Source: an uncultured Rhodopirellula sp.
GTDB lineage: Bacteria; Planctomycetota; Planctomycetia; Pirellulales; Pirellulaceae
Reading direction: 5' to 3'
DNA length: 64,000 nt
NCBI GenBank assembly: GCA_964007735.1
Contig: CAXGAI010000022.1
Coordinates: 1-64,000 of the forward strand
A program made the translations under genes and the position numbers. Numbering within the stretch: the first letter of the stretch is position 1; the number at the start of each line of letters is the position of its first letter. Positions 1 to 9,621 of the stretch are shown piece after piece. The notes under the pieces were generated by a model. The model was not told where the DNA came from. It was given only the letters and a program-made list of their open reading frames with translations, and made no database searches.

Positions 1-201
1 TCCCCAATCACCGATATGATTTCCTTCCGAATCGAAGTAGATGAGTTCCCGGTCACCCCGGTTAAAGACGTAGATGTTGTTTTCGCTGGTGAAATGGACC
101 GCGACCACGTCAAGCCAGTTGACTCCTTCGGGACGTTTGGCCCAGTTGCCATCTGCTTCAAAGCGGAAATCATCATTTCCAACAATTGTGGTTGAACTCA
201 T
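1..201 (-). CDS. NHL-repeat / peptidyl-alpha-hydroxyglycine alpha-amidating lyase-like beta-propeller protein (N-terminal part, runs off the window)
   Basis: Not in the ORF track. Manual translation from ATG at 201: MSSTTIVGNDDFRFEADGNWAKRPEGVNWLDVVAVHFTSENNIYVFNRGDRELIYFDSEGNHIGDWG. The W.K.P.G..W..V.AV...IYVFNRG...FD..G....WG pattern is typical of PAL-like NHL proteins. It starts 3 nt after the sulfatase stop. Confidence 0.7.
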   Translation of the reverse strand, partial: MSSTTIVGNDDFRFEADGNWAKRPEGVNWLDVVAVHFTSENNIYVFNRGDRELIYFDSEGNHIGDWG

Positions 202-204
202 TAT

Positions 205-1608
205 TTACTCCAGAGGTAATTTGCGTGGCATTGCCGCATTCGTTTCTTTAAGCCAGTTGGTTAGTTGTTGGTTTAGCCGGCTAGCAAGGCGTGGACGTTG
301 AGACACCAGGTTAACCGTTTCACTGATATCCTTAGTCACATTATAAAGTTCTACCTCCTGGGTTGTGTAATGCCGTACTAATTTATAGTCGCCACTACGA
401 ACCGCCCCCGCTAACGAGTTGCTGCGGTGCCAGGCATAGTTGGGAAAATGGAAGAAGAGGCTTTGGCGGGTAAGTTTTTTACCCTCAAATAATGGGGTAA
501 GTGAAATACCATCACATAAAGGTTCAGGCGCAAGGTTGCAAACGTCAAGAATCGTGGGGAAGAAATCCATGCTGATGACAGGGGTATCGTTGATTTGGTT
601 AGGCTTGATCGCTTTAGGCCACCGAATCATCAGGGGGACTCGGATGCCACCTTCGTAGATGTGCCCTTTTGACTCGCGTAAAGGACGATTGTCCGAGACC
701 CCCGCAAACCCACCGTTGTCGGAGGTGAAGATAACTAAAGTGTTTTTACTGAGCCCTTCATTCTCAAGGTACTGCATGATCTTTCCGAACGACGTGTCCA
801 ATGCTTCAATCATCGCTCCGTAGCGAGTATCGTTCAGGCCGGGCCCTTTACGGCTTTCGTATTTTGCTAGCAGGTCGGGCGGTGCTTCCATGGGCCAATG
901 TACTGAATAGTTCCAGAGGCAAGTGAAAAAAGGAGTGTTCCCTGCAGTGCTAATGAATTTACAAACTTCATCGGCGAGACGGTTGGGTAGGTATTCGCCC
1001 TGATGACGGTTTTTAAGATTGTGGATTCGATAGGGATCAAAGAACGTAGGGGGCCCACCATAGATACAACCACCTATATTTAGATCAAATCCCTGATTCT
1101 CAGGGTAATACTTGGTATCCCCTGCGCCCTGGGGGCCGACGCTGGTACCGGCGATATGCCATTTGCCGAAGAAACCAGTTTTATAGCCTGCTTTCTTCAG
1201 TCGTTCAGCGATTGTCGTGTAGGAGGGCGCCAGATAGTTAAACATATCTGCCCCAGTATGGGATGCTTTGGGAGGAGTGAATTGTGCACGATCGGGTATG
1301 TGGTTGGTGATTCTCAGCCGTGCCGGCGATAATCCCGTGATTAAAGCGGCTCGAGTTGGTGAGCATACAGGTGCAGCCGCGTAGGCGTTAGTAAATCGAA
1401 TTCCCTGGTCGGCAAATCGGTCTAAAAAAGGAGTCTCAACGAGTGGATTGCCCTGGCAAGCCAGATCCATCCATGCCAGATCGTCAGCCATCACCAGTAC
1501 AATATTGGGTTGATCGGAGCTGTTTTGTGCCGTTACCGGAAAGGCAGTAAATAGACACAGTAAAAACCAAATTGTTAGCTTGAATTTTAGCATTATGCTT
1601 GCGACCAC
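205..1608 (-). CDS. Sulfatase (S1, formylglycine-dependent), exported
   Basis: Signal peptide, PNIVLVMADDL, FGly motif CSPTRAALITG, GKWH, FTSDNGG, KGHIYEGGIRVP. The start may be 1593. Confidence 0.93.
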   Translation of the reverse strand: MVASIMLKFKLTIWFLLCLFTAFPVTAQNSSDQPNIVLVMADDLAWMDLACQGNPLVETPFLDRFADQGIRFTNAYAAAPVCSPTRAALITGLSPARLRITNHIPDRAQFTPPKASHTGADMFNYLAPSYTTIAERLKKAGYKTGFFGKWHIAGTSVGPQGAGDTKYYPENQGFDLNIGGCIYGGPPTFFDPYRIHNLKNRHQGEYLPNRLADEVCKFISTAGNTPFFTCLWNYSVHWPMEAPPDLLAKYESRKGPGLNDTRYGAMIEALDTSFGKIMQYLENEGLSKNTLVIFTSDNGGFAGVSDNRPLRESKGHIYEGGIRVPLMIRWPKAIKPNQINDTPVISMDFFPTILDVCNLAPEPLCDGISLTPLFEGKKLTRQSLFFHFPNYAWHRSNSLAGAVRSGDYKLVRHYTTQEVELYNVTKDISETVNLVSQRPRLASRLNQQLTNWLKETNAAMPRKLPLE

Positions 1609-1657
1609 TATAGAAAAAGGGGGTTAGCGACTATTCTAATAGTTTGACAAAGTATCC

Positions 1658-1674
1658 ATTATATCAATCTGTTG
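1658..1674 (-). promoter_or_regulatory. Putative extended -10 promoter (TG-n-TATAAT) for the sulfatase
   Basis: The minus strand reads CAACAGATTGATATAAT, about 50 nt upstream of the sulfatase start. No recognisable -35. Confidence 0.45.
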
Positions 1675-1693
1675 TAGTGTTCGGGGAGTCGTC

Positions 1694-2281
1694 GTGGCCC
1701 GCTACATTTTATTAGTCATGCTTGTTCTTTGTGCGGCGTTAGGTGGAGCGTTTGCCACGAATCTCATTCTTGAAAAACGAAGTAAGCCGAACTATGGCCT
1801 TGTTGGATATGACCCGACTTCTGATGCCATGAACGATGTGGCTGCCGAAATGGAGACTCCGGAGCGGCGGCTTGTTTTGGTTGGTGAGGTAGAGCTTGCA
1901 GATGATGCGGAAGTTATTTCGGTCGATGTTGATGGGCGATCTTTTGCGTTCCCTAAAAAATTCATGGAGGGCGTGGGGGACCACATCGCATCCGAATTGT
2001 TAGCTGGACTGCCCATCGCAGTAACCTATTGCAATGAAACCGAATGCGTACGAGTTTTTACTCATGATGCATCGCTTGGGAAGATAAAATTAGATCAGTT
2101 TGGTCTCGTGGATGGTGGCTTGTCTGTTCAACTCAACGGGAGTGTGTACGCACAGGAATCAGAGAAAATCCCACTCGATGATTATATGTTCACTTTAGTC
2201 AGTTGGGCTGTCTGGAAAGAATCACATCCAGATGGTTTGGTGTTGGCTGAAATAATCTGGAAAGACGAACCCCGAGAGTAG
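1694..2281 (+). CDS. Membrane-anchored short DUF3179-like protein
   Basis: N-terminal TM helix. EVISVDVDGRSFAFP...HIASELLAGLPIAVTYC and the C-terminal SWAVWKESHPD resemble DUF3179 core motifs. Confidence 0.6.
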   Translation: MARYILLVMLVLCAALGGAFATNLILEKRSKPNYGLVGYDPTSDAMNDVAAEMETPERRLVLVGEVELADDAEVISVDVDGRSFAFPKKFMEGVGDHIASELLAGLPIAVTYCNETECVRVFTHDASLGKIKLDQFGLVDGGLSVQLNGSVYAQESEKIPLDDYMFTLVSWAVWKESHPDGLVLAEIIWKDEPRE

Positions 2282-2353
2282 AATCCGGATGCCTGCTCGC
2301 TGCGTTTTGGCAGAGCGCGATGCAAGCCATTGAAGGTGAGGCACGACCCGGTC

Positions 2354-3805
2354 TTAAAACAGCTCGTGAATTGGCTCTCCGTGGTAGATTTGGTGAGGGC
2401 GATTTTCTACATCATACCAGGCCGCGGTAGCTGGAATTCCTAGTGCATCATAAATGGTGGCTGCCATGTGCTCCGGAGTTTTTGGGTTGTCTACCGGATA
2501 TCCGCCATGCTTATCCGATTTGCCAATAATATTTCCGCCCCGAACACCTCCGCCGGCAAACCAAACAGTTTGCAAGGCTCCATGGTGATCTCGCCCGGGT
2601 TTTTCGTAGTGTGAGGGTAATAGAGAGATCTTGGGGGTTCGGCCGAATTCCCCAGCCATCACAATCAGTGTTTCGTCGAGTTCCCCGGTTGCTTCCAAGT
2701 CGTCTAAAAGTGCGGAGATAGCTTTGTCTGTTGGCGGGAACAAGTTGTCTTTCAGGTGCGGAAATGCATTGCCATGGGTGTCCCACGCTTCATCGTTACC
2801 TAGGTTGACCTGAACCATATTTACGCCGGCTGCTACCAGTCGCCGTGCCATAAGTAGGGACCATCCAAAACAATTACGGCCGTAGTTTTCCTGGATTCTT
2901 TCCTCCGCATTGGTAACATCGAGAGCGTGCTGTACCTTGGGGTCCGTGAGCAGAGAAATTGCTTGTTCACGATATCGGTCAAACTGCTCCGTTTGGGCTG
3001 ATTTGTCGAGTTGTCGCTTTTGATCGGTTACGGTGTTGACTAATTTCAGCCGGTCCACGAATCTGTTTTCTGCCAGACCATGAGGCAACTCAAGGTTAGG
3101 AGCCTCATATTTACGTGTGAGGTCGACGTCTCGCTTCTGATGGTCGAATGCATACTCTGGAAAGGCCCCGTAGGATTGGCGGTGAAATGTTGCTGCTTCA
3201 ATGAACCAGGGGTTGGCTTCTTCACCCATTTGGCCCGCGAACTGCCCTGGAATAACCCTTCCCGATTGATGTACCAGACGCTCCGGAAGAATGGCAACTG
3301 GAGGTAGGTTGTTTTGAGGCACTGTGACGGTGTTGGCAATAGCAGCCATTGCGGGGTAGTCAGTTGGCTTTGGCGCAGAGGGGTTGAATCCTGTAGGGAC
3401 GTCCGTGCGACCAGTCAGCATAATGTGATGGCCCTGTGAATGCTCGTTCCATTTGTGAGTTAGACTTCGAACGACAGACCATTTTTCACTCCGTTTGGCA
3501 AGTTCTGGTAAGTGCTCGCAAATCTGCATTCCCGGAGTTGCTGTGGAGATTGGGTTGAAATCTCCACGGATGTCGTCAGGAGCGTCAGGCTTCATGTCGA
3601 AACTGTCCTGTTGTGCCAAGCCACCGGAAAGGAAGATGTAGATCACCTTTTTAGCCCGAGCACCAGTCGTGCTATATCGTTTTTGGATCGGTGCAGCCTG
3701 TAAGGCTTTGACGTGATTCATGCCTAGTCCAAGCAAACCGATACTACCTGCTTGGATAGCAAAGCGTCGATTGATTTTCGGGTGATAATATTTCTGACAG
3801 CTCAT
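2354..3805 (-). CDS. DUF1501 domain protein (Tat-like leader)
   Basis: NRR leader, IFLSGGLAQQDSFDMKP, WDTH, GEFGRTP, GRDHH, AGGG. Confidence 0.9.
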   Translation of the reverse strand: MSCQKYYHPKINRRFAIQAGSIGLLGLGMNHVKALQAAPIQKRYSTTGARAKKVIYIFLSGGLAQQDSFDMKPDAPDDIRGDFNPISTATPGMQICEHLPELAKRSEKWSVVRSLTHKWNEHSQGHHIMLTGRTDVPTGFNPSAPKPTDYPAMAAIANTVTVPQNNLPPVAILPERLVHQSGRVIPGQFAGQMGEEANPWFIEAATFHRQSYGAFPEYAFDHQKRDVDLTRKYEAPNLELPHGLAENRFVDRLKLVNTVTDQKRQLDKSAQTEQFDRYREQAISLLTDPKVQHALDVTNAEERIQENYGRNCFGWSLLMARRLVAAGVNMVQVNLGNDEAWDTHGNAFPHLKDNLFPPTDKAISALLDDLEATGELDETLIVMAGEFGRTPKISLLPSHYEKPGRDHHGALQTVWFAGGGVRGGNIIGKSDKHGGYPVDNPKTPEHMAATIYDALGIPATAAWYDVENRPHQIYHGEPIHELF

Positions 3806-3971
3806 AACGCACCTGTTTATTTAAATACGACTACTTGTTTATTGTATCGGCAATCCAAATGATGTTTCCAGAGAAACTGATCGAAGCACTTAAATTCTGT
3901 AGCCATTACAATGGAATAGTTGATATTTCCCCCTCGTTCGGATGGGGTCGGCAACTGTAAGGAGTGATCAT

Positions 3972-5057
3972 ATGCGATATGTCTGGTTGTTTGCGTTATG
4001 TTTAACCAGTACGTTCTTAAATGCTCAGCGGGCGACCCTGAAGACTCCGGAATATCCCGATCATGTCGATTTGAGTTATTACCTCGATAATCAGGGGGTG
4101 CGTAAGCTAATTGATTCAAAGAATGAATGGATTACCAGACGAAAGCATGTGATGGCGGGTATGCAGCAGGTTATGGGACCGTTTCCCAAACATGCTTCAC
4201 CTGTTGCTCTGGAGATGCAAGTTCATGAAGAGGTGAGGACAGAAAAGTATATTCGCCAATTAATTAGTTATCATACGGACTCGGAGCTTCGCCGTGTCAG
4301 CGCCTATTTGTTTTTCCCCATGCCCGTCAGGAATACAAGACCAGCAGTACTTTGCCTTCATCAAACAACTGGGATTGGGAAAAAAGAACCCGCCGGCATG
4401 GGAGGTAATCCTCAGCTGCACTACGCCTTGCATTTGGCTGAAAGAGGCTTTGTGACTTTAGCACCGGACTATCCAAGCTTTGGAGATTATCCTTATACCT
4501 TTCCTTCTGAAGATGGTTATGTCAGCGGAACAATGAAAGCAATCTACGAGAACACTCGAGCTGTCGATTTGTTGCAAACGCTCAGGCAGGTGGATAGCGA
4601 AAGGATTGGGTGTATTGGTCATTCCCTGGGAGGGCATAACACGATTTTTACCGCAGCCTTTGACACACGCATTAAAGCGATGGTTAGTAATTGTGGGTTT
4701 ACTCGGTTTCACAAGTACTACGAAGGGAAACTGAAAGGCTGGACCAGTGCCCGGTATATGCCCTTAATCAACGATAAATACGATAATGATCCCGACAGGG
4801 TGCCATTTGATTTCCCCGAAATCATCGCCTCGTTTGCTCCACGGCCATTTTTAGCTAGTGCGCCTATTCATGATGGAAATTTCGAAATTACTGGAGTCAA
4901 AGAAACGATGTTACAAGCGGCGAAGATCTATCGTCTATATGACGCTGACGCCAATCTCCAGGTCAATTATCCAACAGCAGCACACAGCTTTCCTGAAGCC
5001 GCGCGGGAAGTGGCTTACCGATTTCTAGAAAAACACCTCGAACTTATCAAGCCTTAG
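3972..5057 (+). CDS. Exported alpha/beta hydrolase (dienelactone hydrolase-like family)
   Basis: GHSLGG nucleophile elbow, PAVLCLHQT, C-terminal HSFP. Signal peptide from ATG 3972, with a GGAG RBS at 3961. Confidence 0.85.
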   Translation: MRYVWLFALCLTSTFLNAQRATLKTPEYPDHVDLSYYLDNQGVRKLIDSKNEWITRRKHVMAGMQQVMGPFPKHASPVALEMQVHEEVRTEKYIRQLISYHTDSELRRVSAYLFFPMPVRNTRPAVLCLHQTTGIGKKEPAGMGGNPQLHYALHLAERGFVTLAPDYPSFGDYPYTFPSEDGYVSGTMKAIYENTRAVDLLQTLRQVDSERIGCIGHSLGGHNTIFTAAFDTRIKAMVSNCGFTRFHKYYEGKLKGWTSARYMPLINDKYDNDPDRVPFDFPEIIASFAPRPFLASAPIHDGNFEITGVKETMLQAAKIYRLYDADANLQVNYPTAAHSFPEAAREVAYRFLEKHLELIKP

Positions 5058-6466
5058 AGGTAGCCTTTTCCCCAGGGCCCGGTAATCGCCACGGTAAAAC
5101 CGGGGGTTTGAATATTGGCGAACAGCCATTTTCCATCGGGACTGAAGTGGGCACCGGTCCATTCCGATCCACGAAAATCACCTTTAATCCCTTTGTAGGG
5201 GGTTTCGATTTTGGCATTATTGTCGGCAAAGACATGGATCTCACCTTCCGGACTCAAGGCATGTAGACGCGGGAAGTAACGCTTAATACCTTGAGGCGAC
5301 TGAACGGTGGTGATTCCACAGTCTTCGCAAATGATAATCCCGCCACGAGAACTCACCGCCATGTTGTCGGGCATGTTAAGTACTTCTTTGCTGGGGGATT
5401 CGAAAACCAGGCGTAAGGTGTTCTCTGTAATATTTAATTCCCAGATTTGACCTGCTTTTGCCTCACCGCCACTCGTCGAATCGAAGAACATCGACCCGCC
5501 ATAGTACCAAATTCCTTCCAGACGATTGAAATTGGTTCCGCCTTTCTTTCGCCCCTGCATATATACGCCCAGTGAATTGTCGGTTTCGGGGGTGTGAGCA
5601 AGTTCGGGATCATCTATTTTTACCCATTCCAGATCCCCGTATATGGCTCCGGCTTTGACACCCTTGGACAGATCGGGGTGTCCAGGCACTCGTAGCATTT
5701 CCAGCGTACCCCCATCGTGGAGCCTCTGTGCTTTGTTGGGACGGAAACGATAGAGGCCACTGGTTCCACGATCCTCTGTTTCATAGACAAAAGAGGTTTC
5801 GGGATCTACGGCAATCGCTTCATGAACGAATCGTCCCATTGCCTTAAGTGGTTTGGGATTCCCCTGTCCATTGGCTGGAACTTCGAAGATCCAGCCATGC
5901 GTTTTCGCGTGTTGAGGTTCTGAGGTCTCCTCTGTCCCAACCGTTGTTTCTTCACACGTCAACCACGTGCCCCAGGGGGTGACACCGCCGGCGCAATTTC
6001 GAACCGTACCTGACAGGGAAGCACGGCTGGATATAAATTTACCGGCGTTGCCATCAAATACTAAATTGGTGGTCCCTCCAGGGGCCTTGGAATCATAGGT
6101 ATGTTGAGCCGCTGCAAACGAATCTCTGAGGCCGCCACGTTCGTGGTTTCTACAAAGGGTGAAGATGCCATCGCGATTTTCAATAATCCCCATGCCATCA
6201 TGAGAGCTGGGGGTTCTGCGACCGTCAGACATTGCTTCGCCTGTCCACCCGAAAGTTTGATAGCTAAATCCTTCCGGAAGCATTAATAGAGATAACCCTG
6301 AAGTAAGATCAGCCGTCGGTTTGAGGGGGCCATACGGAGACTTATTGTCCGATTGGTTTGTCTGCTGAGCATTCAGGTGGTTGAATTTCCCTAGGGTGAG
6401 TGCGATGGAAGCACTACTAATCCCAGCAGCAGCGGAGGTTATGAATTTACGGCGATCGGATTTCAT
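5054..6466 (-). CDS. phoX: PhoX-family alkaline phosphatase (DUF839), Tat-exported
   Basis: Twin-Arg leader DRRKFI; HDGM, RNHE, NCAGGVTPWGTWLTCEE, GRFVHEA, RLEG, PDNM, ICED, EWTG, NIQTPG. Confidence 0.88.
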   Translation of the reverse strand: MKSDRRKFITSAAAGISSASIALTLGKFNHLNAQQTNQSDNKSPYGPLKPTADLTSGLSLLMLPEGFSYQTFGWTGEAMSDGRRTPSSHDGMGIIENRDGIFTLCRNHERGGLRDSFAAAQHTYDSKAPGGTTNLVFDGNAGKFISSRASLSGTVRNCAGGVTPWGTWLTCEETTVGTEETSEPQHAKTHGWIFEVPANGQGNPKPLKAMGRFVHEAIAVDPETSFVYETEDRGTSGLYRFRPNKAQRLHDGGTLEMLRVPGHPDLSKGVKAGAIYGDLEWVKIDDPELAHTPETDNSLGVYMQGRKKGGTNFNRLEGIWYYGGSMFFDSTSGGEAKAGQIWELNITENTLRLVFESPSKEVLNMPDNMAVSSRGGIIICEDCGITTVQSPQGIKRYFPRLHALSPEGEIHVFADNNAKIETPYKGIKGDFRGSEWTGAHFSPDGKWLFANIQTPGFTVAITGPWGKGYL

Positions 6467-6512
6467 CGGAATGTGATTCCAAATAGTTTTAGGCGAATTG
6501 TTTACTACGAGC

Positions 6513-6557
6513 AGTATATCAATCTGTTGGTTAGGATTGCATTAAGGAAGAATTAAA
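6513..6557 (-). promoter_or_regulatory. phoX promoter: extended -10 (TG-n-TATACT) preceded by three 11-bp-spaced Pho-box-like repeats
   Basis: The minus strand reads TTTAATTC-ttc-CTTAATGC-aat-CCTAACCA-acagat-TG-A-TATACT. The repeats resemble the YTTAAYYW-N3 Pho-box unit. Confidence 0.5.
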
Positions 6558-6579
6558 TAATGGTTTAGTTGTAAATTCT

Positions 6580-8130
6580 CTAGTAGCCTGTGCCAACGGG
6601 TGGTAAGACATTGACAAACCTTGCATCAACATTTTTAAGCTCCTGAATCATGGAGGCCCTAAATCGTTGAACCTTTGATCTAAACCGTGGACGGTCAACC
6701 AGATTGATGAGTTCTTCCGGGTCGTGTTTGAGGTCGTAAAGTTCTTCCGTTTCACCGGCAACGAGTGTGCGGATGTATTTGTAATTGCCGCCCCTCAGGG
6801 AGACCCACCAAGGGACGTTGTTGATGTATAGGTCTTCGCGGTTGGTGGGGATGACGTGAGTATCTTGCCCATATTTCTTCCCGGTCATCACGGTGAGCGC
6901 TGTTTTATTCGAAGGTGCCTCTGGTTTTAGGAGTAACGGTTGAAGGTTCTCACCATGCATTTCCCAGGGGAGTTCGAGTTGAGCATAGTGGAAAAAAGTC
7001 GGAACGAGGTCAACGCCAGCCACAGGTGCTTTGCAAACTTTGTTGGTTGGTAAACGGGACGGCATGCTGATGATCAGTGGCGAACGGATGGTCGCGTCAT
7101 AAGGAGCCAGCTTTACCCTGAAACCATGTTGTCCCCAGCCGATTCCCTGGTCGGCAGTGAATACGATCAGGGTGTTGTCTAACTGTCCACTTTCTCGCAA
7201 TGCCCCTAGGAGACGACCCACGCCTTCATCAATGGCTCTGACTCCCTGGTGGTATTGACGAACCCAATCGTTGAGAGTGTTGCCATGGATCCCTTTGGTG
7301 TCAACGGTTTGTGCTGTGAAACCGTCTCCTTTCATAACAGGCGTGCCGTCTTCGTCAGGAATCCAATGTTCAATTGTTTGCATCCAGTCCGGTTTGCCAG
7401 GACGAGGAGGGAAGATGTCTTTGGGAACGGGGATGTTTACATTAGGTAATGAATCAAGATGGCGGTCAGCTGGTGTAAAAGGGCCATGAACGGCTCCGTA
7501 GCACAGCCATAGATACCATGGTTTCGACTGCTCGCGATTATTTCCACGGATATAATCAACAGCCCATTCAGTGTAATTGTCGGTGGAGTATCCCGGGGTG
7601 AGTTCGGCAGCCTTACCGTTTTTCTCAATCAATTGGTTTTCGTAATAGGCGCCGGCGTTCTTAGTATATCGCGGTCGATTCCAAACCAATTGATAGTCCC
7701 AGTCACGACCAAAGCCATTATCTCGTCCGGTGTGCCATTTACCAATCTGTGCGGTTTGATAACCGTTAGCACGAAATACACTGGGCCAAAAAGGACATTG
7801 TTCCGGATCATATTCGCTGCCTGGATATTCACCCTCCATCCGCATCGAGTTTACCCCGTGCTGTAAGTGGCCTGTCAACAAGGAAGCACGTGATGGCATG
7901 CACCATGTTCCAATGTAAGCAGCGTCAAAACGTATACCCCGGCGTGCTAACGTATCAATATTCGGAGTTTGTACGAAATCATAACTGCCGGGGTAACAGC
8001 TCACGGTTCGATAGGATTGGTCATCGGTGTAGATAAACAGAATGTTGGGTCTGTCATCCTCACCATAAACAGCTTGAGTTAAGAACGAACCGGCAAATAT
8101 TGCCAGGTGCGCGAGCACTGGTCGAATCAT
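6580..8130 (-). CDS. Sulfatase (S1), exported
   Basis: Signal peptide, RPNILFIYTDDQ, CMPSRASLLTG, GKWH, FTADQG, ELYDL..DP.E..NL. Confidence 0.92.
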   Translation of the reverse strand: MIRPVLAHLAIFAGSFLTQAVYGEDDRPNILFIYTDDQSYRTVSCYPGSYDFVQTPNIDTLARRGIRFDAAYIGTWCMPSRASLLTGHLQHGVNSMRMEGEYPGSEYDPEQCPFWPSVFRANGYQTAQIGKWHTGRDNGFGRDWDYQLVWNRPRYTKNAGAYYENQLIEKNGKAAELTPGYSTDNYTEWAVDYIRGNNREQSKPWYLWLCYGAVHGPFTPADRHLDSLPNVNIPVPKDIFPPRPGKPDWMQTIEHWIPDEDGTPVMKGDGFTAQTVDTKGIHGNTLNDWVRQYHQGVRAIDEGVGRLLGALRESGQLDNTLIVFTADQGIGWGQHGFRVKLAPYDATIRSPLIISMPSRLPTNKVCKAPVAGVDLVPTFFHYAQLELPWEMHGENLQPLLLKPEAPSNKTALTVMTGKKYGQDTHVIPTNREDLYINNVPWWVSLRGGNYKYIRTLVAGETEELYDLKHDPEELINLVDRPRFRSKVQRFRASMIQELKNVDARFVNVLPPVGTGY

Positions 8131-8159
8131 GGTTCCGTCTCGATTGGAAGAAAGGTTAA

Positions 8160-9617
8160 TTAAGTCAGAATGTCTTTTGCAACCGAGCCGTGAACGTCCG
8201 TCAGGCGGAAATTTCGACCGCCATATTGGTAAGTTAGGCGTTCATGGTCGAGTCCCATAAGGTGGAGTAACGTTGCGTGTAGGTCATGGATCGTCATGCG
8301 TCCGTCAATAGCATAGTAACCAAACTCATCCGTCTCGCCATATCGATATCCGCCTTTGACACCACCGCCGGCCATAAACATCGTGAATCCGTCGGGATGA
8401 TGGTCCCGGCCGATCGTTTCCGGGTTGCCAACCTGAGCAGTGGGTGTCCGGCCGAATTCCCCACCCCATAAGACGAGTGTGTCCTCGAGTAGTCCTCGTT
8501 GCCTGAGGTCTTTAATGAAGCCTGTGATTGGTTTGTCGATCTGAGCCACGTTGATTTCGTGTCCCTTTTTTATATGGGAATGTTGATCCCATTGCTCGTT
8601 GTTAAATGGCAGGGAACCGGCATGGCTCACCTGTACAAATCGAACTCCCTGTTCCGAGAAGCGTCGTGCCAATAATAGTTGATGCGCGAAATTCCTCGTG
8701 GTTGGATCATCGTACCCGTACATTTCCAATGTGGCTTTGCTCTCCTCAGCAATGTTCATAGCCTGAGGAGCCTCAAGTTGCATTCGGAATGCCATTTCGA
8801 AGGACTCTATACGTGCTTCCAGTTGCGTATTGGCTCCTACCTGCTCCTGGTAACGTTTGTTGATTATTTTGAGTTGATCGAGTTGGATGCGTTGTTGTTT
8901 TCGGCTGCGTGATTCACTGTTTAGGAATGCAAAACGAGCGTCTTTAGCCGGCGTGTTTGGATAGCCGGGAGTACCTAACGGGACTCCCTGGTGAATGTTA
9001 GGTAAAAAAGCACTGCCGAAATTGTCGACGCCCCCATGCAGACTGGTTGGACAAATGGTGATGAAGCTGGGGAGGTTTTGGTTTTCCGTACCTAGGCCGT
9101 AACTCACCCAAGCTCCCATGCTCGGTCGAATTAGTGACTCGGATCCTGTAAATAATTTCATGCACGCACCGCCATGTGCGACATTAGTTTCACACAAGCC
9201 GTGTAGCATACAAAGTTCATCAGCTACTTCGGGTAGGTTTTGCCACAGTGAACTCATAGGAATACCGGACGTCCCGGTCTGACGGAATTCCCATGGCGAC
9301 CTAAGGAGGTTGCCTCGCTTTCCAAATTTAACACGGGTGCGTTCAAACGGTGGTTCTTTACCATCGTATTTTGCAAGGGCGGGCTTCGGATCGAATAGAT
9401 CTACATGGCTCGGACCACCATGCATGAAGAGAAAGATGATTCGTTTTGCACGTGGTTTGAAGTGACCGTCTTTAGGCGCCAGTGCCCTCCCCGGCTTAGC
9501 TCCGGCTGCGGTCTCCGCCAGCATTGAATTGAACGCCAGTCCACCAAATCCCAGGCACCATTGCTTCAGTAGGTTACGGCGATTTACGGGCAAGTCGTGC
9601 AGGGTTGTAGGCGTCAT
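8160..9617 (-). CDS. DUF1501 domain protein (partner of the upstream PSD1 cytochrome)
   Basis: NRRNLL Tat-like leader, IFLFMHGGPSHVDLFDPKP, WDQH, GGEFGRTP, GRDHH, FRLTDVHG. Start moved to ATG 9617, 4 nt after the upstream stop. Confidence 0.9.
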   Translation of the reverse strand: MTPTTLHDLPVNRRNLLKQWCLGFGGLAFNSMLAETAAGAKPGRALAPKDGHFKPRAKRIIFLFMHGGPSHVDLFDPKPALAKYDGKEPPFERTRVKFGKRGNLLRSPWEFRQTGTSGIPMSSLWQNLPEVADELCMLHGLCETNVAHGGACMKLFTGSESLIRPSMGAWVSYGLGTENQNLPSFITICPTSLHGGVDNFGSAFLPNIHQGVPLGTPGYPNTPAKDARFAFLNSESRSRKQQRIQLDQLKIINKRYQEQVGANTQLEARIESFEMAFRMQLEAPQAMNIAEESKATLEMYGYDDPTTRNFAHQLLLARRFSEQGVRFVQVSHAGSLPFNNEQWDQHSHIKKGHEINVAQIDKPITGFIKDLRQRGLLEDTLVLWGGEFGRTPTAQVGNPETIGRDHHPDGFTMFMAGGGVKGGYRYGETDEFGYYAIDGRMTIHDLHATLLHLMGLDHERLTYQYGGRNFRLTDVHGSVAKDILT

Positions 9618-9621
9618 AGGC

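Noticed and set aside
1644..1649. Perfect TTGACA upstream of the DUF3179-like gene
   Set aside because: No credible -10 at 16-18 nt spacing on the plus strand.
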